DNA of 64,000 nucleotides from an uncultured Candidatus Rokubacteria bacterium (GTDB lineage: Bacteria > Methylomirabilota > Methylomirabilia > Rokubacteriales > CSP1-6). The stretch lies in assembly GCA_963789955.1 (NCBI GenBank), contig CAWBMV010000006.1, positions 160,001 to 224,000 of the forward strand, given 5' to 3'. Below the pieces are notes generated by a model. It was not told the origin of the DNA and did no database searches. It was given only the letters and a program-made list of their open reading frames with translations. The number at the start of each line of letters is the position of its first letter. The first letter of the stretch is position 1. A program made the position numbers and the translations under genes. Of the stretch, positions 1-8,994 are shown in pieces.

Positions 1-516
1 CCGGACAACGTCGCCGCCGCGGTCTTCGGCGGGCTCACGGTCTCGTGCGTGACTCCGGACGGCGTGACCGCGGTCACCTTGCCGGTGACGAAGAGCCTCT
101 CGTGGGTCGTGCTGGTGCCCGAAGTGACGAGCACCACGGCCGAAGCGCGCGCGCTGTTGCCACGCTCGGTGCCGCGCGAGGACGCCGTGTTCAACGTGCA
201 GCGCGTGGCGCTCCTGCTCGCGGGCCTTCAATCCGCGCAGCCCGCGGCGCTCTCGGTCGCGCTCGAGGACCGTCTGCACCAGCCGTACCGATTGAAGCTC
301 TTTCCCTGGATGCCCGACGTCGCGACGGCGGCTCGGACGGCCGGCGCACTCGGCTGCGTGCTGAGCGGCGCGGGGCCCTCGCTGCTCGCCGTCGTCGACG
401 GCAACGGCACGGCCGTCGGCCGAGCGATGGAGGAGGCGGCAAGCCGCGCCGGCATTCGGGGCAAGGCCCAGGCGCTGGATGTCGACGCCGCGGGCGCCAC
501 GAGCCGGGTCTCCTAG
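1..516 (+). CDS. thrB: Homoserine kinase, C-terminal part (5' truncated by window)
   Basis: Frame 1 reads PDNVAAAVFGG (HPDN motif), DRLHQPYR and LSGAGPS (GHMP kinase motif 3); TAG at 514-516. Confidence 0.92.
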   Translation, partial: PDNVAAAVFGGLTVSCVTPDGVTAVTLPVTKSLSWVVLVPEVTSTTAEARALLPRSVPREDAVFNVQRVALLLAGLQSAQPAALSVALEDRLHQPYRLKLFPWMPDVATAARTAGALGCVLSGAGPSLLAVVDGNGTAVGRAMEEAASRAGIRGKAQALDVDAAGATSRVS

Positions 517-527
517 GTCGCCGGACC

Positions 528-1751
528 ATTTCCGTCTCTCGCCCCGGAACGATCATCCTCGTCGTCTGGGCCGCGCTGGCCGTGGGCAACGGCCTCTACT
601 TTTCGTTCTCGGTATTCCTGGTGCCACTCATCGAGGAATTCCACTGGTCACGCGGGCTGACCGCGGGCGCCCAGTCGGTGTCGACGATCATCCAGGGCCT
701 GCTGGCGCCGGTCGCGGGAATTCTCGTCGACCGATTTGGGCCGCGCCGCGTGATCCTCACGGGCACGGTGCTCCTGGCCAGCGCGTCCGTTCTCGGGTCG
801 ACGATTCACTCGGCCGGCGAGTTCTACGTCTACACCGGCGCACTCGGCGCCGCCGGACTCGTGGGCGTCGGCCCCGTACCGATGGGCGTGCTGCTCTCGC
901 GCTGGTTCTCGGAGCGTCGAGGACGCGCCGTCGGTGTCGCCTTCTCGGGCATGGGGTTCGGCGTCTTCGTGATGGGGCCGCTCGCTCAGTGGCTGATCGC
1001 GACGATGGGCTGGCGCGTCGCGAGCGCGACCCTGGGCCTCGGGTCCTTCTGCATCCTCGCGCCGATCGTGTGGATCGGCGCTCGCGACCCAGCGCCCGAT
1101 CGGCGCGCGGGCGCGTCGGCTCGCGCGAGCGCCGCCGGCGCCGGCGCGGACCCCGGCTCGGCTCGCGAGTGGACGTTGCAGCGCGCCGTTGCGACGCGCA
1201 CCTTCTGGGCGCTCTGGTTCGCCTACATGTGCACACCGCTGGCGGTGTTCTCCGTGACCACTCACCAGGTCGCGTTCGCGATCGATCGCGGCTTCGAGCC
1301 GCTGCTGGCGGCCAGCGTGTTCGGCGTCATGGGCTTGCTGTCGATCGCCGGACGCGCCAGCTTCGGGCTGGCGGCCGACCGGATCGGCGGCCCGCTCGCG
1401 GCGACCATTTCGTACGGGTGCACGGCGTGTGGATCGCTCGCGCTCCTGGCGCTCGACAGCGATCGCCACGTGGGCTGGCTCGTGGCCTATGCGCTCTTGT
1501 TCGGGCTCGGCTTCGGCGCCCGCGGTCCGATCATCACCGCGATGGCGTCCGATCTCTTCGGCGGCCGCCGCTTCGGGGTGATCTATGGAGCCCTGAGCGT
1601 CGGGAACGGAATCGGTGGCGCAATCGGGCCGTGGTTCGGCGGCGTCGTCCACGACGTCATGGGCTCCTACCGGGTCGTCTTCCTCACGTCGATGGTGTTC
1701 TGCGCGGTGGGCTCCGCGTGCTTCTGGCTGGCCGGACGGCGCTCGTCTTGA
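528..1751 (+). CDS. MFS transporter (OFA/MCT-like)
   Basis: About 12 hydrophobic segments and MFS motif A (GILVDRFGPRRV); the start is unclear, with in-frame ATT at 528 and no ATG/GTG before TM1. Confidence 0.85.
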   Translation: MSVSRPGTIILVVWAALAVGNGLYFSFSVFLVPLIEEFHWSRGLTAGAQSVSTIIQGLLAPVAGILVDRFGPRRVILTGTVLLASASVLGSTIHSAGEFYVYTGALGAAGLVGVGPVPMGVLLSRWFSERRGRAVGVAFSGMGFGVFVMGPLAQWLIATMGWRVASATLGLGSFCILAPIVWIGARDPAPDRRAGASARASAAGAGADPGSAREWTLQRAVATRTFWALWFAYMCTPLAVFSVTTHQVAFAIDRGFEPLLAASVFGVMGLLSIAGRASFGLAADRIGGPLAATISYGCTACGSLALLALDSDRHVGWLVAYALLFGLGFGARGPIITAMASDLFGGRRFGVIYGALSVGNGIGGAIGPWFGGVVHDVMGSYRVVFLTSMVFCAVGSACFWLAGRRSS

Positions 1752-1784
1752 CCTCTCGGGCGCACGATGCTAACTGGATCGGGC

Positions 1785-2918
1785 ATGAGTGACGGCGTCC
1801 TGCCGGACCGTGAGCTGCGCGCGGCGGTGCGCGACGGCTGGATCGTGTCGCCGGTCCCGATCGACGATCAGCAGTTCCAGCCCGCGAGCCTCGACCTGCG
1901 GCTCGGGTCCGACGCCTATCAGCTCCGCGCGAGCTTTCTGCCGTTCCGGGAGAGCGTGCAGAGCCGCCTCGGCGAGCGCGGGCTCACCGAGAGCGACCTC
2001 GTCATCGATCAGCTGTCGCTGGCCGGCGCCGGCGCGACCCTGCAGCGCGGCTCGGTCTATCTCGTGCCCCTGCTCGAGTCGCTCGCTCTGCCGCCGGGCG
2101 TGCGCGGCCGGTCGAATCCGAAGTCGACCACGGGGCGGCTCGATATCTTCACGCGCGTGATCACCGACGCGACGCCGCGCTTCGACGAGATCCGCGCGGG
2201 GTATCGCGGCGCGCTCTACCTGGAAGTGTCACCGCAATCGTTTCCGGTCCGCGTACAGACCGGCGCCTCGCTGAATCAGCTCCGGCTGCTCGCCGGACAG
2301 ACGTCGATGTCGGACGAGGCGCTCGAGACCCTGTATCGCGAGCGGCCGCTGCTCTACGACGACGACGAGCGTCCGCTCCCGCTGGAACGTGTCGTGGTGA
2401 GCGATGGTCTCTACATGGGCATCGATCTCTCCGGCCGATTGACCGACGGAGTCATCGGCTATCGCGCCCATCCCAATCCGCCCGCGGTCGATCTGAGCCG
2501 AATCGGCTTCTACGATCCCGGGGAGTTCTGGGAGCCCATCAAGCGCCCGTCGCGCGATTCGTACATCCTGGAAGCCAACCGCTTCTATATCCTCCTTTCC
2601 AAGGAGCGGATCCGCGTGCCCCCGGAGTTCGCCGCCGAGATGGTCGTTTACGACGCCGGGGCGGGGGAGATCCGCACCCACTACGCCGGATTCTTCGATC
2701 CCGGATTCGGCTGGGGCGATGGAACGATTCTGGGCACCAAGGTGGTCATGGAGGTCAGGGCGCGCGAGGTACCGTTCATGGTGTACGACGGCCAGACCTC
2801 ATTCAAAGTCTTGTTCGAGCGGCTTCGATCGCGCCCCGAGCGGGTCTATGGTGCGGGCCTGGGCTCGTCCTACCAGCGGCAGACCTTGACCCTCAGCAAG
2901 CACTTCAGACGCGTGTGA
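1785..2918 (+). CDS. dcd: dCTP deaminase (long two-domain type)
   Basis: QPASLDLRLG, NPKSTTGRLD and HYAGFFDPGFG motifs. Confidence 0.88.
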   Translation: MSDGVLPDRELRAAVRDGWIVSPVPIDDQQFQPASLDLRLGSDAYQLRASFLPFRESVQSRLGERGLTESDLVIDQLSLAGAGATLQRGSVYLVPLLESLALPPGVRGRSNPKSTTGRLDIFTRVITDATPRFDEIRAGYRGALYLEVSPQSFPVRVQTGASLNQLRLLAGQTSMSDEALETLYRERPLLYDDDERPLPLERVVVSDGLYMGIDLSGRLTDGVIGYRAHPNPPAVDLSRIGFYDPGEFWEPIKRPSRDSYILEANRFYILLSKERIRVPPEFAAEMVVYDAGAGEIRTHYAGFFDPGFGWGDGTILGTKVVMEVRAREVPFMVYDGQTSFKVLFERLRSRPERVYGAGLGSSYQRQTLTLSKHFRRV

Positions 2919-2927
2919 GAAGGGGCG

Positions 2928-2936
2928 TGCTAAAAT
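2928..2936 (+). promoter_or_regulatory. Putative extended -10 promoter (TGcTAAAAT) upstream of the Pup-like gene
   Basis: TG-N-TAAAAT about 60 nt upstream of the ATG at 2996. Confidence 0.45.
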
Positions 2937-2995
2937 GCGTGCAGTAGTGGTTTCGGGTACTTTGCGACACGGCCCGTTGCCCCATGGAGGGCGAG

Positions 2996-3196
2996 ATGGC
3001 AGAGCAGAAGAAGAAAGAAGTCCGGCCGACCAAGCCCGCAGAAGGTGGAGACGGAGCAGCGCCGAGCCCTGAGCTTGCCAAGAAAGGCAAGAAGATCAAG
3101 GAAGACATCGACAAGCTCCTCGACGAGATCGACGACATCCTGGAAGAGAACGCCGAGGAGTTCGTGAAGAGCTACGTGCAGCGAGGCGGCGAGTAG
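2996..3196 (+). CDS. pup: Prokaryotic ubiquitin-like protein Pup homolog
   Basis: 66 aa with a charged, low-complexity N-terminus; C-terminus LLDEIDDILEENAEEFVKSYVQRGGE closely matches the Pup consensus; GGAGG RBS at 2986-2990. Confidence 0.9.
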   Translation: MAEQKKKEVRPTKPAEGGDGAAPSPELAKKGKKIKEDIDKLLDEIDDILEENAEEFVKSYVQRGGE

Positions 3197-3198
3197 GA

Positions 3199-3411
3199 AT
3201 GCCGATCTACGAGTATCGCTGCAAGCAGTGTGAAGGCGAGTTCGAGAAGTACGTCGCTGGGGCGTCGACAGCCGTCGCGTGTCCGTCCTGCGCCAGCGAG
3301 CAGGTGATGCGGAAGCTGTCGGTGTTCGGCCTCAAGACCGCCGGCGCACTCCAGTCGTCCGGCATGTCCGGCGGCGGTGGGTGCTGCGGCGGCGGCTGCG
3401 CCTGTCACTGA
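3199..3411 (+). CDS. FmdB-family zinc ribbon protein
   Basis: MPIYEYRCxxC...CPSC plus a Gly/Cys-rich tail GGGCCGGGCACH. Confidence 0.88.
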   Translation: MPIYEYRCKQCEGEFEKYVAGASTAVACPSCASEQVMRKLSVFGLKTAGALQSSGMSGGGGCCGGGCACH

Positions 3412-3439
3412 GTAGCTCCACGAATCCCGTCTCGCTCTG

Positions 3440-4348
3440 ATGGACCTTCGCCGCCTCGAGATCTTTGCGAAGGTGGCAGAGCTCGGAAGTTTTTCGCGCG
3501 CCGCCGAGGCGCTGTTGCTGACCCAGCCCACGATCTCCGAGCACATCCGCGCCCTCGAAGACGAGCTCGGCGTGCAGCTTCTCGATCGGCTCGGACGCGG
3601 GGCCACGCCCACGCGCGCCGGCGAGCTGATGCTCGGATACGCGCGGCGCATGCTCGCTCTCTCACGTGAAGCCCGCCAGGCGCTCGACCAGTTCCAGGGA
3701 CGGCTGAGCGGACAGCTCGTCGTGGGCGGCTCGACGATTCCCGGGGAGTATCTGCTGCCGGCGCTAATCGGCCAGTTCAAGGCGAAGTACCCGGACATCT
3801 CGATCTCGCTGCTGATCGGCGGCAGCCGCCAGGTGAGCACGTGGGTCGATGACGGTCGGGCCGAAGTGGGTGTGGTCGGCGCGCGTCCGACTCTCCGCAC
3901 CTCGGTCAGCCGCGAGCTCATGCCGGACGAGCTCGTGGTCGTCCTTCCGCCGGAACACCCCTGGGCGGGACGCAAGAGCATCACGCTCGCCGACCTCAAG
4001 CGCGAGCCGTTGATCGTGCGCGAGCAAGGCTCGGGATCGCGCGAGGCGCTCGAGCACGCGCTGGGCGAGGCCAACGTCGACCTGACAGCGCTGCGAGTCG
4101 TCGGCGAGATGGGCTCCACCCAGGCCATCAAGCAGGCGGTGCGCTCCGGCGTCGGGATCTCGATCATCTCGAAGCGGGCCGTCGACGACGAGTGCAAGGC
4201 CGCGCTGCTGTCGTGCGTGAAGCTGAAGGATCTCCGTGTCTCGCGCTTCTTCTACCTGATCACCCACCGCGACCGGAGCCGGTCGCCGCTGGCTCAGGCG
4301 TTCGTCGACTTCGTGGAATCCCAGCTTCCCGCCCGCGCCTCTCAATAG
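3440..4348 (+). CDS. LysR-family regulator (CysL-like, selD-associated)
   Basis: N-terminal HTH SFSRAAEALLLTQPTIS; STIPGEY and REQGSGSR motifs; directly upstream of selD. Confidence 0.9.
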   Translation: MDLRRLEIFAKVAELGSFSRAAEALLLTQPTISEHIRALEDELGVQLLDRLGRGATPTRAGELMLGYARRMLALSREARQALDQFQGRLSGQLVVGGSTIPGEYLLPALIGQFKAKYPDISISLLIGGSRQVSTWVDDGRAEVGVVGARPTLRTSVSRELMPDELVVVLPPEHPWAGRKSITLADLKREPLIVREQGSGSREALEHALGEANVDLTALRVVGEMGSTQAIKQAVRSGVGISIISKRAVDDECKAALLSCVKLKDLRVSRFFYLITHRDRSRSPLAQAFVDFVESQLPARASQ

Positions 4349-4352
4349 GCCT

Positions 4353-5422
4353 ATGGCCGACCACACACACAGCGAGGTCCGGCTCACTTCCTACGCCTCC
4401 TGCGCCGGCTGAGCGTCCAAAATGGCTCCTGGAGATCTCCAGGAGGTGCTGGCAGTACTGAGGCCCGGCGGGACGCCGCCGCCCCCTGAGCTGCTCGTCG
4501 GGACTCGGGCGCGGCCGACGACGCGGCGGTCTATCGCCTCGGGCCCGACCTGGCGATCGTCGAGACGGTGGATTTCTTTCCGCCGGTCGTCGACGACCCG
4601 TGGACGTGGGGCGCGGTCGCGGCCGTGAACGCGATGTCGGACGTCTACGCGATGGGCGGCGAGGTGCTGTTCGCGCTCGCCGTGGCAGGGTTCCCGCGCG
4701 AGATGGCGAAGACGATCATCTCCGAGGTGTTCCGCGGCGGCCGTGACAAGGTCGGCGAAGCCGGAGGCGTGATCGCGGGCGGCCATACCGTCGTCGACGC
4801 CGAGCCGAAGTACGGGCTCTGCGTGACGGGTCGCGTTCATCCCGACCGCATTCTGGTCAAGGGCGGTCTGCGGCCGGGTGACCGAGTCTTTCTCTCCAAG
4901 CCGCTCGGGACCGGCGTGATCACGACCGCGGCGAAGAACGGCGTCGCCGGCGCTGAGCGGCTCGCGGGCGCGGTCGCCAGCATGCTCAGGCTGAACCGTG
5001 TCGCGGCCACCGTCGCCCGCGAGAGCGGCGCGAAGGGCGCGACCGACATCACGGGCTTCGGCTTTCTCGGTCACGCCGGAGAGATGGTCAAGGCCTCCGG
5101 CGCAGGTCTCTCGATCGACGCATCCCGGCTTCCGGTGCTCCCGGGCACACGCGAGCTCGCCGAGAAGGGGCAGTTCAGCGGCGGGATGAAGCGCAACCGG
5201 CGCTACGTCGACGAGGCGTTCGGGAGCGCGCTCACCATCGAGCCGTCGGTGCCGGGCTATCTGGCCTCGCTACTCACGGAAGCGGAGACCTCGGGCGGGC
5301 TCCTGTTTTCGGTCGCCGCCGACCGTGCGGGAGCCGTCGTCGACGCGTTTCGGCGGCGCGGTGAGGAGTGCTGGGAGATCGGTGTCGTGTTGCCGGAGCC
5401 GGTGATCCGCATCAAGGCGTAG
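4353..5422 (+). CDS. selD: Selenide, water dikinase SelD; selenoprotein (Sec at TGA 4410-4412); one frameshift near 4505
   Basis: MADHTHSEVRLTSYASCAG-U-ASKMAP, then DDAAVY, TVDFFPPVVDDP, NAMSDVYAMGG, TDITGFG and ETSGGLL. Confidence 0.93.
4413..4445 (+). promoter_or_regulatory. Putative bacterial SECIS element
   Basis: Perfect palindrome CTCCTGGA-GATC-TCCAGGAG (4426-4445) beginning 13 nt after the in-frame UGA, with a G in the apical loop. Confidence 0.75.
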
Positions 5423-5551
5423 CGGCCCGCCCTTATCGGCTGCGGTCTCCGTTTCTTCGCATTGGAATCGGTGTTACCGATTTGTCTTCCTGCCGAATCC
5501 CGATATCGTCGAAGGTCATCGAATGGTCAGCCTGAGCTCAAGGAGATCGCC

Positions 5552-6669
5552 ATGAACCGTCGCACCTTCTTGCGCGGCGCCGCCTCGCTCCCGGCACTCG
5601 CCGTCTCGTCCCGTGTCGCGGGCTTCGTGAGCCCCGGCCGGCGCCCAGCAAAAGGAATTCGTGCCGCGGCCCGGAACCTGGCGGACCTTCGAGATCACGA
5701 CGCGGGTCGAGATCCTGGAGCCGGTCGGAGTGACTCGCGCCTGGCTCCCGATTCCGTCGGTCAAGTCCGACTTTCAGAAGCCGCTCGGCGACCAGTGGAC
5801 GGGCAATGCGAAGGTCATGAAGTCCGTGGCCGACAATCCCTACGGCGCCAGCATGCTCTACGCAGAGTTCGCGGCGGGCGAGGCCGCGCCGGTGGTGGAG
5901 CTGACCAGCCGTTTCCAGACGCAGGATCGCGCGATCGACTGGTCGAAGAAGGTGGCGGTCGACGACGACCCGGCGATCGTCAAGACGTGGACGAAGTCGA
6001 CCGATCTGATGCCGACGGACGGGATCGTCCGCGAGACCGCGCTCGAGGTCACCAAGGGCAAGACCACCGATCTCGAGAAGGTGCAAGGCCGTGTACGACT
6101 GGATCCTCGCCAACACCTACCGCGAGCCCAAGGTGCGCGGCTGCGGCGTCGGCGACATCAAGACGATGCTCGAGACGAAGAGCTTCGGCGGCAAGTGCGG
6201 CGACATCAACGGGCTCTTCGTCGGCCTGGTCCGATCCGTCGGCGTGCCCGCCCGCGACGTCTACGGCATCCGCGTGGCACCGTCGGCCTTCGGCTACAAG
6301 GCACTCGGCGCGGGAAGCGCGAACATCAGCAAGGCCCAGCACTGCCGCGCCGAGGTCTTCCTCAAGGACTACGGGTGGGTGGCCATGGATCCCGCGGACG
6401 TGACGAAGGTGGCCCGCGAGGAAACGAGCGAGTGGCTGAAGATCGATCATCCGCTGGTCGAGGCGGTGCGGCCCAAGCTCTTCGGCGGATGGGAAGGCAA
6501 CTGGGTCGCGTTCAACACGGCTCACGACGTGGCGCTGCCGGGCGCGACCCAGGGGGGAAAGCTCGGCTTCTTCATGTACCCGCAGTCGGAGACGGCACAG
6601 GGCCGCCGCGACAGCCTCGACCCTGACAATTTCAAGTACACGATCACCACGCGCGAAATCAAAGCGTGA
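5552..6669 (+). CDS. Tat-exported transglutaminase-like protein (frameshifts near 5650 and 6085)
   Basis: MNRRTFLRG twin-arginine signal; Cys-His-Asp triad in GGKCGDIN, HCRAEV and MDPAD; AGGAG RBS. Confidence 0.85.
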
Positions 6670-6691
6670 CCGTGAGCGCTCGACGGGCGCT

Positions 6692-7255
6692 GTGACGATC
6701 GTCGCCGCGCCCGTCGCGGCCGCCCGCCGACGTGTCATCATCCGCCTCTCGATCCTGTTCCTCGGTACTCTTGTCTGCGTCTCGACCATGGGTGCGGGGA
6801 TCGTCCGCGCGGATCCCACACGCTTCATTCCGTGGACAGACGCGACGGCGCCGGCCCTCGCTCTCAACGATCTCGGCGGCGCCCCGCGTACGCTCGGGGA
6901 CTACCGCGGCCGGATCCTCCTGGTGAATTTCTGGGCGACCTGGTGCGAGCCCTGCCGCGACGAGCTGGCGTCGATCAACAAGCTCCAGGAGAAGCTCGCG
7001 GGGAAACCGTTCGTGGTCCTGTTGATCAACTACGGAGAAGCGCGGGCACGGGTCGCCGATTTCGTGAAGCGTGAGTCGATCGTGTTTCCGATTCTTCTCG
7101 ACCCGAATCAGGACGCGTCGAAGGCGTGGCGAGTTCGCGTGCTGCCGTCGAGCTTCCTGGTCGGTCCGGATGGGCACGTTCGCTACACGGTCATCGGCGA
7201 GATCGACTGGGCTCAGGCTGATGCCGTCGAAGTCGTCCAGAGTCTGTTGCGCTAG
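6692..7255 (+). CDS. TlpA/ResA-family thiol-disulfide oxidoreductase
   Basis: NFWATWCEPC active site, hydrophobic N-terminus, VLP cis-Pro loop; start uncertain. Confidence 0.88.
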   Translation: MTIVAAPVAAARRRVIIRLSILFLGTLVCVSTMGAGIVRADPTRFIPWTDATAPALALNDLGGAPRTLGDYRGRILLVNFWATWCEPCRDELASINKLQEKLAGKPFVVLLINYGEARARVADFVKRESIVFPILLDPNQDASKAWRVRVLPSSFLVGPDGHVRYTVIGEIDWAQADAVEVVQSLLR

Positions 7256-7293
7256 GGGCTATCGGGCGAGGAGCGGTTCGTCGAGAGGTGAGG

Positions 7294-7569
7294 CTATGCG
7301 TCGGGACGGGGCGCGCGCGGATTTCGCAGGACGGCCAGGAGTCGCTTCTTGAGCTCGGAGGGGATCTCCACTTCCTTCAGCTTGGTCGCGGCGTTCACGG
7401 TTCCTCGGTAGGTGTTGACGAACGCCACGCAGGGCCCGCATCCCTCGATGTGCCATTCCAGAAGCTCCCGCGTCGGTTTAGGGAGGCTTCCATCGAGATA
7501 ATCGCCAAGGAGGTCGGCTATCTGCCGACATTCGATCTTCGAGGGCATCTGGGCGTCACGCTCTGACAT
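7294..7569 (-). CDS. Zinc-finger (zf-HC2/ZAS) anti-sigma factor family protein
   Basis: C...DYLDG...HIEGCGPC (HxxxCxxC) motif; TATAAT 8 nt upstream of the ATG. Confidence 0.82.
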   Translation of the reverse strand: MSERDAQMPSKIECRQIADLLGDYLDGSLPKPTRELLEWHIEGCGPCVAFVNTYRGTVNAATKLKEVEIPSELKKRLLAVLRNPRAPRPDA

Positions 7570-7636
7570 CGCCGTACATTATATGTAGACGCCGGGCCGC
7601 GTGCGAGGGATTCGAGGCCAGATTGGCTGGGGAATC

Positions 7637-7665
7637 TTTACGCAGTGCGGCGTAGCCGATATGCT
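7637..7665 (+). promoter_or_regulatory. sigma70-type promoter, probably giving a leaderless glycosyltransferase mRNA
   Basis: TTTACG-17 nt-TATGCT, ending 7 nt before the ATG at 7673; no SD sequence. Confidence 0.5.
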
Positions 7666-7672
7666 CGCGCCC

Positions 7673-8947
7673 ATGCCCCTTCGTCTGGCGATCCTCACGC
7701 CGTTCGGTCCGCCGGCCCCGAGGGGCAATGCCGTGACGGTCGCGCGGGTCGCGCAGGGTCTCGCCGAGCGGGGCGTCGAGGTCCGTCTGTGGGATCTCTC
7801 GGCGGTCGACCTTGCGACGGTCGACTCCGAGATCCAGGCCTACCGGCCGGCGCTGATCCACGCCTTTCACGCCTACGGTGCAGGCCCTCTGGCGCTTCGT
7901 CTGGCGCACCGCGTCGAAGTCCCGCTCGTCGTCACGCTCACTGGAACCGACGCGAACCACGATCTGCTGGACCCGGAGCACTCGCCGGTGGTCAAGAACG
8001 TGCTCAACAACGCCCACCGGATCACCGTGTTCCATCAGTCAGTCGGCGATCGGGTCGCCGCCATGCTGCCGGGTGTCGGCGGACGACTTGTCGTCGTCCC
8101 CCAGTCCGTCCGCCTGCCAGGGAACGGCCGGTTCGATCTGCAAGAGCGCTGGCCGCTTCCGCCTCGGACCGTCCTCTTCGTGTTTCCCGTCGGTCTCCGA
8201 GCGGTGAAGAATCCGGTTTTTCCGGTGGCGCCGCTGAGCCGGCTCGTCAAGGCGATCCCAGAAATCCGTCTGCTCTATGCGGGGCCGATCCTGGAGCCCT
8301 CGGTCGGTGAAGCGCTGGAACGGCAGCTCTCGGCGATGCCGTGGGCTCGCTACGTCGGCGAGGTCCCGCACGAACAGATGGCGTCGCTCCTGTCGCAGGC
8401 CGACGTGGTGCTGAACTGCTCCATTTCGGAAGGGGGCATGGCGAACTCCGTGCTCGAGGCCCTGTCGCTCGGCCGCGCGGTCCTGGCCTCCGATATCGAC
8501 GGCAATCGCTCGATCGTCGCCGACGGCTCCACGGGCTTTCTTTTCCGCGACGAGGCCGAGTTCGAGCGGCACGCCGCGGAGCTCGCACGCGATCCGGCGC
8601 TCCGGGAGCGGCTCGGGCTCGCCGGCTCGGTGCTCGTCAGGGAGCGCTTTTCTCCGGCACGGGAGATCGACGGCTATCAGACGGTCTATCGCGCAGCTGG
8701 CTACGGCTCGAGGAGCGCTGGGGCCGTCGTCGGCTTTGTGACGCTGACGTCACGCCGAGAGCGCTCGGCGATTGTGCAGCGACGTTGCGAGCGCCGATTC
8801 GCGAGGCACGGACTGGAGAGAGGCCGCGGATTTCGGCGTGATTCAGCTGTCGATCGTCCCTTTCCGCAATTGGCAGGCAACTTGCTTAGCTCATCGAGTA
8901 GTATGAGACGAAGCGGTCGTCGAGAAAACGGCAGCGCCAGCGCTTGA
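7673..8947 (+). CDS. GT4 (GT-B) glycosyltransferase, SenB/GLT1D1-like; the true end may be near 8700-8750
   Basis: GNAVT, FHA, LTGTD, LRAVKN and [14 protein letters not shown] motifs; the last ~80 codons look non-coding. Confidence 0.8.
   Translation: MPLRLAILTPFGPPAPRGNAVTVARVAQGLAERGVEVRLWDLSAVDLATVDSEIQAYRPALIHAFHAYGAGPLALRLAHRVEVPLVVTLTGTDANHDLLDPEHSPVVKNVLNNAHRITVFHQSVGDRVAAMLPGVGGRLVVVPQSVRLPGNGRFDLQERWPLPPRTVLFVFPVGLRAVKNPVFPVAPLSRLVKAIPEIRLLYAGPILEPSVGEALERQLSAMPWARYVGEVPHEQMASLLSQADVVLNCSISEGGMANSVLEALSLGRAVLASDIDGNRSIVADGSTGFLFRDEAEFERHAAELARDPALRERLGLAGSVLVRERFSPAREIDGYQTVYRAAGYGSRSAGAVVGFVTLTSRRERSAIVQRRCERRFARHGLERGRGFRRDSAVDRPFPQLAGNLLSSSSSMRRSGRRENGSASA
8870..8886 (+). promoter_or_regulatory. 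sigma54 (-24/-12) promoter upstream of the moxR operon
   Basis: TTGGCAGGCAACTTGCT has GG-N10-GC spacing and matches TGGCA-N6-TTGCW. Confidence 0.65.
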
Positions 8948-8994
8948 CGGCTCTCTATAGAATGGGCAGCAGGGATTCGCGAGAGGAGAGCTCG

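Noticed and set aside
3409..3411. TGA after the Cys-rich FmdB tail as selenocysteine
   Set aside because: It falls at the normal end of the family and I saw no convincing SECIS-like hairpin after it.
2996..6669. Transglutaminase as the ligase for the Pup-like protein
   Set aside because: The enzyme has a Tat export signal while Pup is cytoplasmic, and transglutaminases use Gln donors whereas this Pup ends in Glu.
8944..8963. TTGACG...TAGAAT as a sigma70 promoter for moxR
   Set aside because: The spacer is only 8 nt, too short for a -35/-10 pair.
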